This document shows positions 1-13,965 of a DNA stretch of 64,000 bases, piece after piece. Made by a program: the position numbers and the translations under genes. The first letter of the stretch is position 1; every line of letters starts with the position of its first letter. Under the pieces are notes generated by a model. That model saw nothing but the letters and a program-made list of their open reading frames with translations. It ran no database searches and was not told the DNA's origin. The DNA is from Malacoraja senta. Its lineage: Eukaryota. The stretch is taken from positions 17,734,001-17,798,000 of the forward strand of contig CM075988.1 of the NCBI GenBank assembly GCA_038087875.1, given 5' to 3'.

Positions 1-99
1 ACACCTCTCATAAGTTTATATACTTCCATCAAGTCTCCCTCAACCTCTGACGTTCCAGAGAAAATAATCCAAGTCTGTCCACTTCTCATGTCCTTTTCG

Positions 100-600
100 A
101 GATGTTCAGTTTTGGTCACCCTGCTATAAGAAAGATGTCGTTAAGCTGGAAAGAGTGTCGAGAAGATTTTTGAGAATGTTGCCAGGACATGAGCTATAGG
201 GGAAGGTTGATCAGGCTAGGACTTTATTCCTAGGATCGCAGGAGACCGAGGGGTAATTTTATGAAGCCGTATAAAATCATGATTCTCAGAATTCTCAGAC
301 TTTTTTTTACCCAGAGTAGGGGAATCAAGAACCAGAGAGCATAGGTTTAAAGTGAGATGGGAAAGATTTAATAAGATCCTGAGGGGCAACATTTTCATTT
401 GGAGGGTAGTGGGTATCTGGAACGAGCTGCCAGATGAGTTATTTCAGGCAGGTACTATAACAGCATTTAAAAGACGCTTGGACATGGATAGGTAAGGGTT
501 GGGGGGATGTCGGACAAATGAGAATTGTGAGATGGTGAATTTTGGTCGACATGGACGAGTTGGGCCGAAGGCCCTGTTTTATGCTTTAGTACTCTATGTT
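100..600 (+). mobile_element. CR1 3' fragment
   Basis: cagttttggtcaccctgctataagaaagatgtc...accagagagcataggtttaaagtgag...ttgggccgaaggccctgttt. Confidence 0.85.
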
Positions 601-729
601 CTAAAATACATTGCATCCTGTTTACTATTTTTAACGTGTATTCAGTGATGTAAGAGATGCAACAGACATTTTACAAACAGCAATGTGTTCGCAACTGGAT
701 AATCTGTTTTTAACATTTAATGTTGAGTC

Positions 730-1350
730 ATAGTCACATAAATGGCCCCTTCAGCCCACCACGTCCATGCTGATCTTTTTGCCCATGCACACTCATACAG
801 TTTGGTCACATTAGGACCATACACTTCTACGCCTTACCTATTTAACTGTCTGTCTAAATGCATATTAAAAGTCATAATTACTTCTGATACAACCACCACC
901 TCTGGTAGCAAATACCTGATATCAACTGCTTTCTGTGTAAAAAGCTCACCTCACAGATCCCCTTTAAAACTTACGTCCCTTGTTTTTGATGACATGGGAA
1001 ATAGATTTTGCCTCTCTATCTCATCTATGCCTCTCATAATCCAATATACTTCCATCAGGTCACCTCAGCCTCTTTCACTCCTGGCAGTGAGTCTGGATTT
1101 TGCCTTTGGTTAGTTGAATATGCTATCCAACTCTAATGAGTGGACTTCAGTATACATTCTCTGTGGCAGAGAATTCCAGAAATTCACAACTCTGGGTGAG
1201 AACATTTTTTCTCATCTCAATATTAAATATCCTCCCCTTTATACTTAGACTGTAGCCCCTGGTTCTGCCCCCCCCCCCCCCCCCCCCCTCCAACATTGGG
1301 AACATTTTTCCTGCATCTAGCTTGTCCAGTCCTTTTATAATTTTATATGT
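730..1350 (-). mobile_element. Two CR1 3' fragments, one containing a poly-C run
   Basis: ORF 1147-1401 TYKIIKGLDKLDAGKMFPML...TRGYSLSIKGR. Confidence 0.8.
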
Positions 1351-1924
1351 AAGACTTTCATGAGACTTTACGTAAAGGGGAAGAGTCCTGGTTTTTATCA
1401 CTAGATTATCAGGTCATTATTACGCTACCGTTTGTAGGAGCTGGTGTGTGTAAAGTGACCGCAGTGCTTTCCACACCAGTCAATACTCTCCATTATCTGT
1501 AAAGCTCTTTGGAATATCCTACGGCACGAGAAAAGCTATGGAGATACAAGAGACTCACTTCTGTAACTACAATTTTTATTTTCCTTTTCTAATTTGTATG
1601 CAATGGGTTTCACAGATTACAAACAGATTGGAGAAACAGTTATTTCTAATCTTATATTGAATGCTCCTACAGGGACACTTTCTGAACTAGTATTTAAGAA
1701 ATGTAATCTTCCCACATAAATCTTTGACATCTTTATAGATCACTTAAGCCAATTTATGCAGCTTGTGAGCACAAAATGTCTCAGACATCAATGGGACTGG
1801 CAGTGCAATGGAGCCACTTTTTTCCTGGGAAACGCGGAGCCTCTGTACACAGTGAAGCCGAGGAGCTCCCAGTTAGTGTACAGTTCACTCTGCTGAAGTT
1901 CCAGGGATCTGTTTCCATAAACGA

Positions 1925-2230
1925 GGCACAGCAGTACAGATACTGCCTTACAGCGCCAGAGACCCTGATTTGATCCCAACTATGGGTGCGTGTCTATATG
2001 GAGTTTGTACCTTCTCCCCATGACCTGCGTGGGTTCTTTCTGGGATCCCTGGTTTCCTCCCACACTCCAAAGACATACAGGTATGTAGGTTAATTGGCTT
2101 GGTAAAATTGTAACTTGTCCCTAGTGGATGTAAGATAGTGTAAGTGTGCAGGAATCGCTGGTCAGCTCGGACCTGGTGGGCCGAAGGGCCTGTTTCTGCA
2201 CTGTATCGCTAAACTAAAAATCTAAACTAC
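1925..2230 (+). mobile_element. tRNA-derived SINE (HE1/V-SINE type)
   Basis: tgccttacagcgccagagaccc..ggagtttgtac..cctcccacactccaaagac..ggccgaagggcctgtttc..ctaaactaaa. Confidence 0.85.
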
Positions 2231-4096
2231 ATCTAAAAACTGCCCTCTGGGGTTAGAGCAGTCCACACATTTATCTGTGTGAAGAAATCTCTCCTCATCT
2301 CAATGAAAATGGTCATTGCCATCTTCTGCGGCAGCCCCTCGCACATGAACATTGCAGTTTGGTGTCTCGCCTTCGACCCTATCCATTCCTCACACAATCT
2401 TATATCTCAACGAGGTTGCCTCCTGTTGACAGTAACTAGATGTAATCAAATGATTTATCTAATCATTACCACACAGAAGGAGCCCATTTGATGTGTGGCC
2501 CATGTTGGTTCCTAGGGTAGATATTCTATATTTTCCCATTCCTCAGCAACATTTTCTTTCATAGGCCCAGCATCTCCCCGTTGATTCTTTCTGTCATTCT
2601 CAGCACTATTTAATTTTGTTGGAGATCAGATTGTTTATCAAAATACAGGGAACAGTTATATTGCCAGAATGGCATGGGAAACACCGACCATTTCCCTTGT
2701 TCAGGAATGTGCCATTGATCTACACATTTGCTTGGCTCATTCGGATGCATGGTTTTTGCTTTGGGGGTTGGTAAATATTGAATACTCTGGATGTGTGCAG
2801 GACTAGCTCTGACATCAACCAGAAAGGAACAAGTCTCTTGATTGGCGTTTCATCCATCATCACAAACGTCCAAGCCCTTCATCACTGGCATAGTCCATCT
2901 GCTATATGTATAATTTACAAAATGCATTGCACCATCTTCTTTGGCATTACCTCCAAAACTTGTCATTTAGGTGAAGAACTGCAACTGCAATTCTGCAAAC
3001 CCCTGCAAGTTCCTTCTTGTGTTCACCTGCTGTGATTCAGAGCCAGCTTCTCAAGGATAATTAAAGATGGGCAATAACTACTATCCTTGGCAGCAATATC
3101 CACATTCTATAACCCAATTAAAGGATGAATTAAAAAGAGTCAGGGATTAGCTAGGAGAAAAAGATCAAATGATTGCTGGGTTTATTTAGATTAACCTGAT
3201 AATTGTGCTCTGATCCTTTGCAATTCCACTGGGGAAGAGTGTCATATAAAAGCAAGGAATTGCAATTGCTGGTTTACAAAAACGTCTCCCCTCAACCTCT
3301 GGCGTTCCAGAGAAATCAATTTCTCCTTATAGCCAATATCCTCCCATCCAGGCATCATTCTAGATCGGCAAGTGAATGACTCCCGCCCCTATTTTCTTGT
3401 TTCTGATGGCCATTGATTTCATCTTTCACTACAAACCAAGTTATACATCACTTAGTCTCAACATCAGCCTCAATATCATTTTTTTCCATCTTTTACTGGT
3501 ACATTTTGAAGATATTTTTGTCAATCTATCACCAAATCTACCCAATTAAAGGGAGTGCCTTAAACCAGTGATAACCTTAACTTGAACAATTGCTGAAAAT
3601 CCTAAAACTTTAAAATACTAGTTTGTTCTTTGGTGGAAGAAGGAACTGCAGATGCTGGCATAAAGAAAAGACTCAACGTGCTGGAGTAACTCAGCCGATC
3701 AGGCAGCATCTCTGGTGAAGGGGGATAGTGATGTTTTGGGTCGTGACCCGCTTTCAGACATTGTTGGGGGGCAGGGGAGAAAGCTGGCAGAGAGGAGGGG
3801 AAGGACAAAGAAAATGGTTTCATACATCTGGGAAGCCAGTCTGCACTTTCTCAGACCGGCACGTTACACTTTAATTGATATGGCGATGGTGGCGTTGTCC
3901 ACAATCCATTGGTGAATGCAAGCTTCTAAAAGTTGCTCTCACAGACTCCCATCTGATGCCTACAGTCATAACAGCTGACCAAAATGTCTTCAATGATGAT
4001 GTTGTCAAGGAAAGGTTGTGAGTGGAATGCACAACCTCACAAGAAAGGAACATCATAAATAACCTCGTCTGACCAGCAGTACTGTGTTCTATTTGA

Positions 4097-4246
<150 letters not shown>

Positions 4247-4972
4247 TAAAAATAGTTTGAAATTATCTTTTTTAGAAATTAGCTTACTCTTTTGAAATGG
4301 TTGATTTTATTTCCAGGGATTAGAATCATAGAATCATACAGCCAGAAATAAGCCTTTCGACCCACTTCATCCATCCCATTAATGCTATCCCATTTGCCTG
4401 CATTAGGCCCATATCCCTGTACTCCATTCCTATCCAACTACCTGTCCAAATGTTCTTTAACCATTGTAATTGTATACGCCTCCACCATCTACTCTGGCAG
4501 CTTGTTCCAGATATCCATCATTCTCTGTGTGGAAAACCTACCTCAGAGATCCCTTTTAATTTCTTCCCACTCATCCTAAACCTGTGCTCTACTTTGGGAA
4601 AATGACTGACTATCTTCATAGCTCCATACTTCAAATTAGAACAAACCCAACCTATCGGCTGTTCAAGAAGGGAGCGGAGCAAAGGAGGGAACTGGGCGGG
4701 TTAACCCGACTTCAGTGGTTGGTAAGATTTTAGAGTCCATTATAAAGGATGAGGTTTCCGAGCACTTAGAACTACATGATAAAATAAGCCAAAGTCAGCA
4801 TTATTTTGAGAAGGGAAGATCTTGACCAACTAATCTGTTGGAATTCTTTGAGGAAGTAAAGGGCAGGATAGACAAAGGAGAGTTAGTGGGTGTTGTTTAC
4901 CTGAATTTTTTGAAGGCCTACCCATTGAACTGTAGATTATGAACAATATAGTATTTTCCAATTTCTATATAA

Positions 4973-5161
<189 letters not shown>

Positions 5162-6559
5162 TGAGTCATTCGTATCAAACACAGCGTCTGGTTGAATGAC
5201 GTCGCTCGTGATTTAAATGGGAGCAGGGCTCCCGGCTAGACTTGTTTTACTTTCAGCATTTCAAAATTGTATTTCACTCTGACTGATGTGTCTGCTGAGA
5301 TTGCACTATTGATGAGTGTGATCATCATGGCAGCATTGGTATTGGTTTATTATTGTCATGGGTACTGAGAAATGGTGAAAAACTCTTAACAGTTTTGTGG
5401 AAAAATGTACTTTGAGTCAATATCCCAGGGAGAACATCCAGTGAGTCTACATGGGAAGAATTTAAAACTAAGAAAGGGGTGATCACTTCAAGGTTTCACG
5501 GTTAAGATTAGTTTATTGCCACATGTACCAATTAAGGTACTGTGAAATTCAGAGTACCATACAGTCATACTAAAAAAAGCAACAAGACACACAACTACAT
5601 AAAAGTTAATATAAACATCCACCACAGCAGATCCCCTACGTTCCTCACTGTGTTGGAAGGCAATAAAGTCCAATCTCCTTCCTCTTTATTCTCCCGCGGT
5701 CGGGGCAGTCGAACCGTCCACAGCCGGCGGTCGAAGCTCCCGTCGGGGTGATCAAACCTCCCGCTTTGATGGGATTATACGATACTCCCCCAACTAGGCA
5801 GTGGGAATTAGAGGCGAAAAATGTAAGCAAATCACAGATAGACGTAAGAAAAATGGGATTGTAAAAGTCAGTGATTTTAACTTTACTTTATTGACTGAAG
5901 TTGCCTTATTGCCAAGGGATAAAATGGGGTAGAAATGTCAAGGAAAGTTTTCTTACGCAATGGGTTTTCTTAAGTAAGTAGGATGTTCCTACTTGAGAAG
6001 GGGTTGCACTGCAAATGAGGCTGGGCAAGCAGTTGTTGAGTCAATGGGAGAGCCTTAGGCAGGAACTCAATGGCATCAGGAAGGAGCTCTCAAATATTTA
6101 CTCTGATTGCCCAGGAGAGTCTGTTTGCAGGTAAAAGGACATTAGGCAAGGGGCATGGATTTTAAAAGTGAGGTAGGAAGAATTCAGAATTTACGTGTTC
6201 CTATTAGAGTGAAGTGCAAGGTTGGCAAGATTAGGGAACCTTGATTGATGGGTTGTATTGAGGTCTAGTCTGGAAAAAGGAGGACCTGTCCCTACGCAGT
6301 ACAACAGGTACTGCTCCAACATGGAAGGCTAGATTCTGAACTTTTTGAGAAGTTCAGGGGAGGGCATTGGTCTGTGGCAGTGTTAGATTGTTCAACTCTG
6401 TGCGCCAGCCCAATCCTTTCACTTGATGCCATGTGTGGGAGCAATAATCCGACATCCAAAACTGTTGCACAAATGTTTATTTGTAGGAACCTTGATTAAT
6501 ATGTGATCCAGTTGTTGGTGACCATAACATCAGTTCATCAAGACTTTCTCACCTGCTAG

Positions 6560-6780
6560 ACTGTGAACATCTCATTCGACGCATGCTGGTCTTAGACCCT
6601 TCCAAAAGACTCACAATTAGCCAGATAAAGGAGCACAAATGGATGCTGGCTGAAGTCCCAGTGCAGAGACCAGTTATATATCCGCAACCCAGTGAGAATG
6701 AAGTCAGCATGGGCGAATACAACGAACAGGTTCTACGACTAATGCACAGCCTGGGGATCGACCAGCAGAAAACTATTGAG
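6560..6780 (+). CDS. SIK2: SIK2 coding exon (exon 7 equivalent), end of kinase domain and start of UBA
   Basis: gctag|AC...GAG|gtacaa; 221 nt, phase-compatible; [29 protein letters not shown]...[21 protein letters not shown]. Confidence 0.96.
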
Positions 6781-7819
6781 GTACAAGCGGTACTTTTTTT
6801 TTACCTGAGCATTAAATACTCTGAGTATTAGGAGTATTAGTGCACAACAGCACAATTAGGCCTGCAATACTTTGAATACTGACCCTTATAGCTTGGGATT
6901 TATTATTATCTGGAATGTAAATGATTTAAGTAAATATTTCGGGAAAAGAAGGTTGCGGGAGGAGAGGTCTTTAGAGAAACAACACAGATTGTGATGGAAA
7001 TTTGGAATTCTCTGAGAACTAAATCTAAAATCTGGAACTACCATTCATCAGTTACAGCTGCTCAGACACACCTGTAGTGAGCAGTCTTGCCTCCTGGTCT
7101 AGGAATCTCTGTGGTACTCAGCAGTTAGCTTACTCCCAAGCCTTAAGTGGGGGTAAAACGAGGCAATCTCCAGCTCTTCCTGTCTTTCCGCTTCTCTCCT
7201 GCGGTTTCACTGGAGGTGAGCAAGTGCAAACCCCTGGTGTCCGGGTTTGGTCCCTTGAATGAGTGGACTCTCATCCAAATTTCATTGAGCAGTTTTGTGT
7301 CTCCAAATCCATAGCCATCAGGCATATTAACGTGGAACTATTCACCAGTGGCAGGAAGAAGTAGAATTAAATATTCATTCCTGCAGCATTCCTTTCACAA
7401 AATCTCAAAATGTGCTACACTTATTTCATAAGAAGAAAATCCCCAATTGAAATCTCTGTCCTTTTATGTTTGTTCCTTTCATTCCCCGGAGAAGTTGCTT
7501 TTATTTCCTGAGAAATTCTGCAGCCTTTATTTCCTTGTCTCTGCTTTGCGCAGAATGTAATAATCACACCTCTACTCAATTTGTAAAAAAAAATTGTTTC
7601 TTTCCAGTCTGGATTATATATTGCTGAGAATTTCCCCCACAATACTCAGGAAGGGAGAAAATGACCTGGGCAACATCTTAATCAATGGACAGAAGTGGAG
7701 CATTGATCAGGGAAAAGAGAAACACTCAGAAATCACATCAGGAGGAAAGTAATGAGGCTCAAAGAGGCCAGCCATCTGCAGAACTCTCCTGATTTAAACA
7801 AGTCAGATCCTCAGAAATA

Positions 7820-8045
7820 TAAACACAAAATGCTGGAGTAACTCAGTAGGTCAGGCAGCATCTGCAGAGGACATGGATAGGTGACGCTTCAGATCGGGAC
7901 CCTTATACACACCATTCTAAAGAAGGTTCCCAACTAAAATGTCACTTATCCGAGTCCTCCAGAGATGCTGCCTGAACTGCTGAGTTACTCCATCACTTTG
8001 TGTTTTTTTCTGTAAACCAGCCACTGCAGTTCCTTGTGTCTACAC
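7820..8045. repeat. Inverted pair of Penelope-derived terminal repeats (degenerate)
   Basis: tgctggagtaactcag...ctgagttactccatca arms. Confidence 0.8.
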
Positions 8046-8178
8046 GCCTTCAGACACTACTTCCCCACTACATATTTTCTCTTGGAAATTATGTAGAAAT
8101 AAATTGTAATATAAACATTGAAGTCTCCCACTATTCCTCTCCACTTTAACATTTGCTTTCACTTTGTCGCCCTTACAG

Positions 8179-8331
8179 TCTTTACAGAACAAGAGCTATA
8201 ACCATTTTGCTGCTATCTATTATCTTTTGGTGGAGAGACTAAAATCTCACAGAAGCAGTTTCCCTGTAGACCAGAGATTGGATTCTCGTCAACGGCGACC
8301 AAGCACAATTGCAGAACAAGCTGTTGCCAAG
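8179..8331 (+). CDS. SIK2: SIK2 coding exon (exon 8 equivalent), end of UBA and PKA sites
   Basis: ttacag|TCT...AAG|gtaatg; 153 nt; [51 protein letters not shown]. Confidence 0.96.
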
Positions 8332-8865
8332 GTAATGCAGTAATTGTGTGAGTTACCTATGTGGCATGCACTGTACAAAATGAAATGATTGTGTAAAGGT
8401 TCCAGGCCTCAGTCCTCCACTCAGTCGACTCACCCACTGGATTTAATCATGTAGGGTTGGCACGGACATATCAGGTGTTAGAGGATGCATTTTTAAACCA
8501 CAGCTTGTCTGTGGATTTGCTTTGATCAGCAAAGGGTTTCACTGAAACTTTTCTTCAATCCACAGCTTTTCAGGAGCATGCAGTTTTGCTAAAAATAAAG
8601 ACCGTCTCATGCCGTTTTAAATTATTTATGGTTCTCTTCACACTTGGATCTTGCCAGTGATTCACTGATATCCGTTTTTAGCTCCTCCTTTCCTTGTGCC
8701 TGTGGTGCAGATTAACTGAATGCTAATTGAAGGCACAATTGAGCGGAACATTAAAAACCATTATCCCCGCCAGCCCCATCTCTCCCCACCTCCTCATTAA
8801 TCTCTGTCATTACTATGTCGAGTTACATTCTGGACTGAAAACTCCAGAACAGGGTCAATGAGAGT

Positions 8866-9095
8866 ATGTAGGAAGGAACTGCAGATGCTGTTTTAAACCG
8901 AAGATATGCACAAAGTGCTGGAGTAACTCAGCCGGATAGGCAGCATCTCTGGAGAGAAGGAATGGGTGACGTTTCGGGTTGAGACAGGTTTGGGTTGGGT
9001 CTGTAGAAAGGTCTCCACCCGAAACGTCACCTGTTCCTTCCCTCCAGAGATGCTGCCTGTCCCGCTGAGTTACTCCAGCATTTTGTGTCTGTCTA
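8866..9095. repeat. Inverted pair of Penelope-derived terminal repeats (hairpin)
   Basis: gctggagtaactcagc..ggcagcatctctggag..ggtgacgtttcggg is mirrored by cccgaaacgtcacc..ctccagagatgctgcc..gctgagttactccagc. Confidence 0.85.
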
Positions 9096-9794
9096 GGCTC
9101 AAAGAGAAGGTCATCCCTCTCTCTAGACTCATGGCCAATTACAGATTGTCAGCATTGGTCACCAACCCTGCTGCCAGTGAAAACACCTCTTTATTTACTC
9201 CTAATAAACCCAAATCATTTGGAGAGTTTTAATATAAAATGGATCAAGTCAAACGGTTAGTGTGGTGTCAAGGTTCTGAGAATGTAATTTTCCCATTGTG
9301 AACATGTTTCTCCCAGTGTGTAGGAAGGAGTAGGTTTCTCAAATACTAGGTGAGCCACTCATCATGAGTGCACATTGGGCTCAGCCAACATGTGGAAACA
9401 TTTTGGGATTGCTTACCTATGGTGATCTTTGTACTACACATTGGAAAGACTGGATTTGTCTTGGCAGGTTTGAAAGTTGTATGGTTCTACTTTGATGTTA
9501 TTTTTTTTTGTTTGAAAATAGTGTACTTTCCCAACACAATGAACTGAAAATCTGCAGTGCTTTCCCCAGTCGTTCCATGGCCCATGGTCAGCTGGGTCAC
9601 TCCCTGCTCCCATTAAGCTTTAACTGACAACTTTGGTGCCTGTCCATAAGCCAGTGTCGGTAGAGAAGAAAACACACAGAAAGCTGGCTCTTCCTGATTA
9701 AACAACGTTGCACCTTCTGAGCCACCCTCTCCCACAGGAGTAGACAGTGTCAAAACCATCCGGGTAGTCTTTATTAGAATGCAAGCATTCGGGG

Positions 9795-10406
9795 TGGCAT
9801 GGTGGTGCAGCAGTAGAGTTGCTGCCTTACAGCGCCATAAACCCGGGTTCGATCTTGACTAAGGGTGCTGTCTGTACGGAGTTTGTGTGTTCTCCCTTTC
9901 ACCGCATGGTTTACTCCAGGTGCTCCGGTTTTCTCCCACACTCCAAATATGTACAGGGTTTGTAGGTAAATTGCCTTCGGTAATATTGTAAATTGTCCCT
10001 AGTGAATGGGATAATGCTATTGTGCGGGGATCGCTGGTTAGTGCGGACTCGTTGGCCCACAAGAACCAGGGGTTCCTCCAGAACCAGGGGTCACAGTTTA
10101 AGAATAAGGGGTAGGCCATTTAAGACTGAGGAAAAACTTTTTCATCCAGAGAGTTGTGGAATTCTCTGCCGCAGAAGGCAGTGGAGGCCAATTCACTGGA
10201 TGTTTTCAAGAGAGCGTTAGATAGAGCTCTTAGAGCTAACGGAATCAGGAGATATGGGGAGAAAGTAGGAACGGGGTACTGATTTTAGATGATAGCCATG
10301 ATCATATTGAATGGCGGTGCTGGCTTGAAGGGCCGAATGGCTTACTCTTGCACCTATTTTTCTATGTTTTTCTATGTTTCCGTGCTGTATCTCTGAATCA
10401 AACTAA
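9795..10406 (+). mobile_element. HE1-type SINE interrupted near its tail by a CR1 3' fragment (about 10062-10375)
   Basis: Box A tggtgcagcag, box B ggttcgatc; SINE tail resumes at tgtttccgtgctgtatctct. Confidence 0.85.
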
Positions 10407-10943
10407 ATTTTCCTGCCTTTTTGAAAGTGGGATTAAAAAATAAGAACTTTCTTCGGGTCTTTTATATTTTTAAAGTTAATCTTCAAATAAAATCTTTGAG
10501 ACCCTGGGTGGCTACTGTTGCTCCCGGTGCCGCCCTGCTCAGTGCTTGATGTATTGAACATTAGTTGTTGGTTCCAGCTGACTAACGCACTCCACTTCTT
10601 CTGCATGGTTCCTGCTGAGGGCTTTTCTATTACCTGAATAACTTACTTCTCAATCAGGTCTCTGGAGTAAAGTCCTGGCACCTGCAGCTGAATACCACAA
10701 GCTGGCTTCCTCGGCGCAGTGTTCATCCTTTACTTCCTTCTCTTCTGCAACCCCTCAGGGTAGAGGAAGACTCACTTCCACTACAGTTCTTTAACTTTTG
10801 AAGTGGTTGAAGAGTCCTTTGCGGGAACCGCAGACTCTACCACAGGGGGGCCTGAGCGGTTAATGAAGCCAGTAGGTGATAGTCTGGCTTTTGTGAAGCT
10901 TCTGAGTGCTCCCATCCATCAGAGCAACTTGAGATGCTCCATG

Positions 10944-11034
10944 GTAGACAAAAGTGCTGGAGAAACTCAGCGGGTGCAGCAGCATCTATGGAGCAAAGGA
11001 AATAGGCAACGTTTTGGGCCGAAACCCTTCTTCA
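10944..11034 (-). mobile_element. Penelope-derived mini-element
   Basis: Reverse complement of the 33328 type; flanked by aacttgagatgctccatg repeats. Confidence 0.8.
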
Positions 11035-12037
11035 AACTTGAGATGCTCCATGTTCCCCACCCCACACACATACATACTTCTCTGCTTCCTGCCATGTATG
11101 GTGAGAGCCTTCTACAAGTTGGTGAGGATGTCACATTTTTTTCAAGGCCTTAAAGCATTTTCTCTACCCTCTGACAAATCGTTTGCTGTGACAAAGCAGG
11201 GAACCTGTTTTGGGAATTGGTGTCATGTGTTGGCTGTGTGGCTCGGCGTAATCTGAGGCTGGGCGAGGATATGGATATTGATCGACATAGACAACATTGG
11301 TGGAACTTGTTCTCGATAGTACACGGCTACCTCAGGGGATGTCTTCTGCCAGATGGACCACTAGAGTGGTGCAGGCTTCAAGTCTTCGCCTTTAAACATT
11401 CTTTATCAGATCTAGCGAGCATGGTGTCAGGTGTCAGGAGTTGCCCATTTCAAGAGATGAGAAGGAATTTATTCTCTAAGAGGATTGTGAATTGACATGG
11501 GAGTCGATGGGGATGGTGGGAAAGGAGGAAAATGGCACAAATAGTGATTGAATGAGTCATGTTATTGTAAGGCAGGGCAGTCTCGGGATCGCCTCCTGCA
11601 CATGGTCCTTGCCGTTACACTCTTTCCCTATTGCTATTTTTTGACGAAATGGCCTAATTGATGGTTTCCAGAGTGGAATGAGTCTCAATCTCCTTGAAAA
11701 ATATTTGTGTTTATGCAACACCTGGAGAAACCTCACCAAAGAGGGTCATTATTGTATTACTGATGGCATATTTAGTCCGGTGACGACAGGACTACTGACA
11801 GTAGGATCTTGTCTGGTGAGGACAGGATTGGATTTAACGTGATGAACCTCTGAATATTGAGTCAATGGGCTGGTTCCCACTGCTAATATCCCACGGTCTG
11901 GCCTAGGTTTGTATTCTAGAGATGAAGTACAGTCGATGTTTACTGATAAATAGAACAGTTAAGAGAATTAAAAGTGATCAGTTAGCAAGAATTTGTCTTC
12001 AAAGATATTAACACCCTATTTTTTTAAATAATTTTAG

Positions 12038-12199
12038 GCAAATACTGTGGTTCCACAGGTGAACCTTCTGTCACAGAACATCCGGCTGTTGAGGTCTCCT
12101 GTCCTGCCCCAATCCTCTGCTGTAGATTCATTCACCTTTCTACAGACCACATGCCAACCAGAATTGGGCTTCATGGAGGAAGATGTGAACACTCCTAAG
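12038..12199 (+). CDS. SIK2: SIK2 coding exon (exon 9 equivalent)
   Basis: ttttag|GCA...AAG|gtttgg; 162 nt, phase 0-0; ANTVVPQVNLLSQNIRLLRSPVLPQ...GFMEEDVNTPK resembles the SIK2 segment RLLRS...FMEE..DTPK. Confidence 0.88.
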
Positions 12200-12554
12200 G
12201 TTTGGCCTTTTAATTTGTGATCTGCTTAAAGGTCAAAGAGAGAAAAGCACTTTGTAATTTAGTCTTCTCTGCAAAGAAAGTAATGTTTGATTCCTGTTAT
12301 AGTAGTCCTTAGATCAAAGTGCTTTCTGTTCATGCCCAACAGGAGAATGCACTGTTTAATATGGGTCACATTATTCCAGTGTGGACCCACATTCATCTTT
12401 ACAGCTATTGGAGATGAGGTGCAGCTTTGCAGTGAGAAAGATTTCAAAAGTGTCGGGCTAATGGCTCAGCTGTACTTTATCCAATCTGTACTCGTGATTT
12501 GTAGAATGAGATCACAGCTATCCAAGGGAGATGTTTCTGTGAGTACGTAGACAG

Positions 12555-13965
12555 TCCCATTCGGAATGGGGCAGTGCTAGACATAATCCTAGGGAATGAA
12601 GCTGGGCAGGTGGATAAAGTGTCAGTGGGCATGCACTTTGGGAACAGTGGACATCACTCAATAAGTTTCAAAGTAGTTATAAAGGGATACATATATTGCC
12701 TATTTCCTCCGCTCCATAGATGTTGCCTCAGCCGCTGAGTTTCTCCAGCATTTTTGTCTACCAAGGGATACATATAGTCCAGAGTGTGAATTGAGAAGAG
12801 GATGATTTCAATATGAGACAGGGTCTGGCAAAACAATCTGGGAACAACTATTAAGAGATAAATCTACATTCATGGTTGGAGCCTTTAAATGTGAAATAGT
12901 GAGAGTTCCCGGCCAATGTGTGTACCATAAGGTGGAAGGGTAAGGCAGCAAGTCCAGGGAACCCCGGATGTCAAGGATCTAGGAGAATATGACCAAGGAT
13001 GGAAGGATTTGGTACACGTGGAACACCGAAAGCAAGGGACTCCCTTCAGGAGTAAGGACAATATCAGGGGACGCTCTGTTGCCAAGAGGGGGCACAAAAT
13101 ATCACTGACAAAAATGATTTGGGAAAATTCTAAGAGCAAGGGAGCAACTGAGGGAAAGAACATAACATAGCACAGAAACAGGCCCTTTGGCCCACGGTGT
13201 GCGTGCATGCTGACCATAATGTTAATTTAAACTGTACAACTGCCTGTACACGGTCTATATCCCTCCATTCCCTACTGCTCATGTGTGTGTCTAAATGCAT
13301 CTTAGATGTTGCTATTGTGTCTGCTTTCATCACTTATCCTGGCAGCTTCCTCCAGGCTCCTTGCCTTATACATCTCCTTTAACCCTTCCCCCACTCACCT
13401 TAAAACTATGCCCTTTGACATTTGGCATTTCAACTCGAGAAAAAAAGGTTCTGACCATCTATCTATATTAATGATTTGGATGTGAATGTTAGAGGCATGG
13501 TTTGTAAATTTGTAGATTACACTAAAATTAATGGTATAGTGGACAGTGAAGACAGCCATCTCAGATATTACCGTGGGATCTCGATCAGCTGGGCTGAAGG
13601 ATTGCAGATGAAATTTAATTTAGATAAATGCGAGGTGTTACATTTTAGGAAGGCAAACCAGGGCAAGCCATACATGGTAAATAGTAAGGCCCTGGGAAGT
13701 ATTGTAGAACTGAGAGACCTAGAGGTGCAGGTACACAGTTCCACAAAAGAGGAGACACAGGTAAAGAGGGTGGTGAAAAAGCATTTAGCACACTTGTCTT
13801 CATTGTTCACTGTATTGAATACAGGAATTGAGACATCACGTTACAGCTGCACAAATCATTGGTGAGGCCAAACTTGGAATACTGTGTACAGTTTTGGTTG
13901 CCCTGCAAAAAAGCTGCAGGAGGATGTTACCGGATCTGGAAGGTTTGAATGATAAGGAGAAGCTG
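12555..13965 (+). mobile_element. Old degenerate CR1 pieces, with an inserted minus-strand CR1 3' end at about 13160-13460
   Basis: ORF 13476-13865 resembles CR1 RT (KFVDYTKING..MKFNLDKCEVLHF); upstream part resembles the endonuclease end. Confidence 0.8.
12696..12762 (+). mobile_element. Penelope-derived mini-element (67 bp)
   Basis: ttgcctatttcc...gtctacc flanked by aagggatacatata repeats. Confidence 0.8.

Noticed and set aside
6375..6400. tggcagtgt seed resembling miR-34, whose b/c cluster is near SIK2 in human
   Set aside because: The rest of the mature sequence and a hairpin partner are absent.
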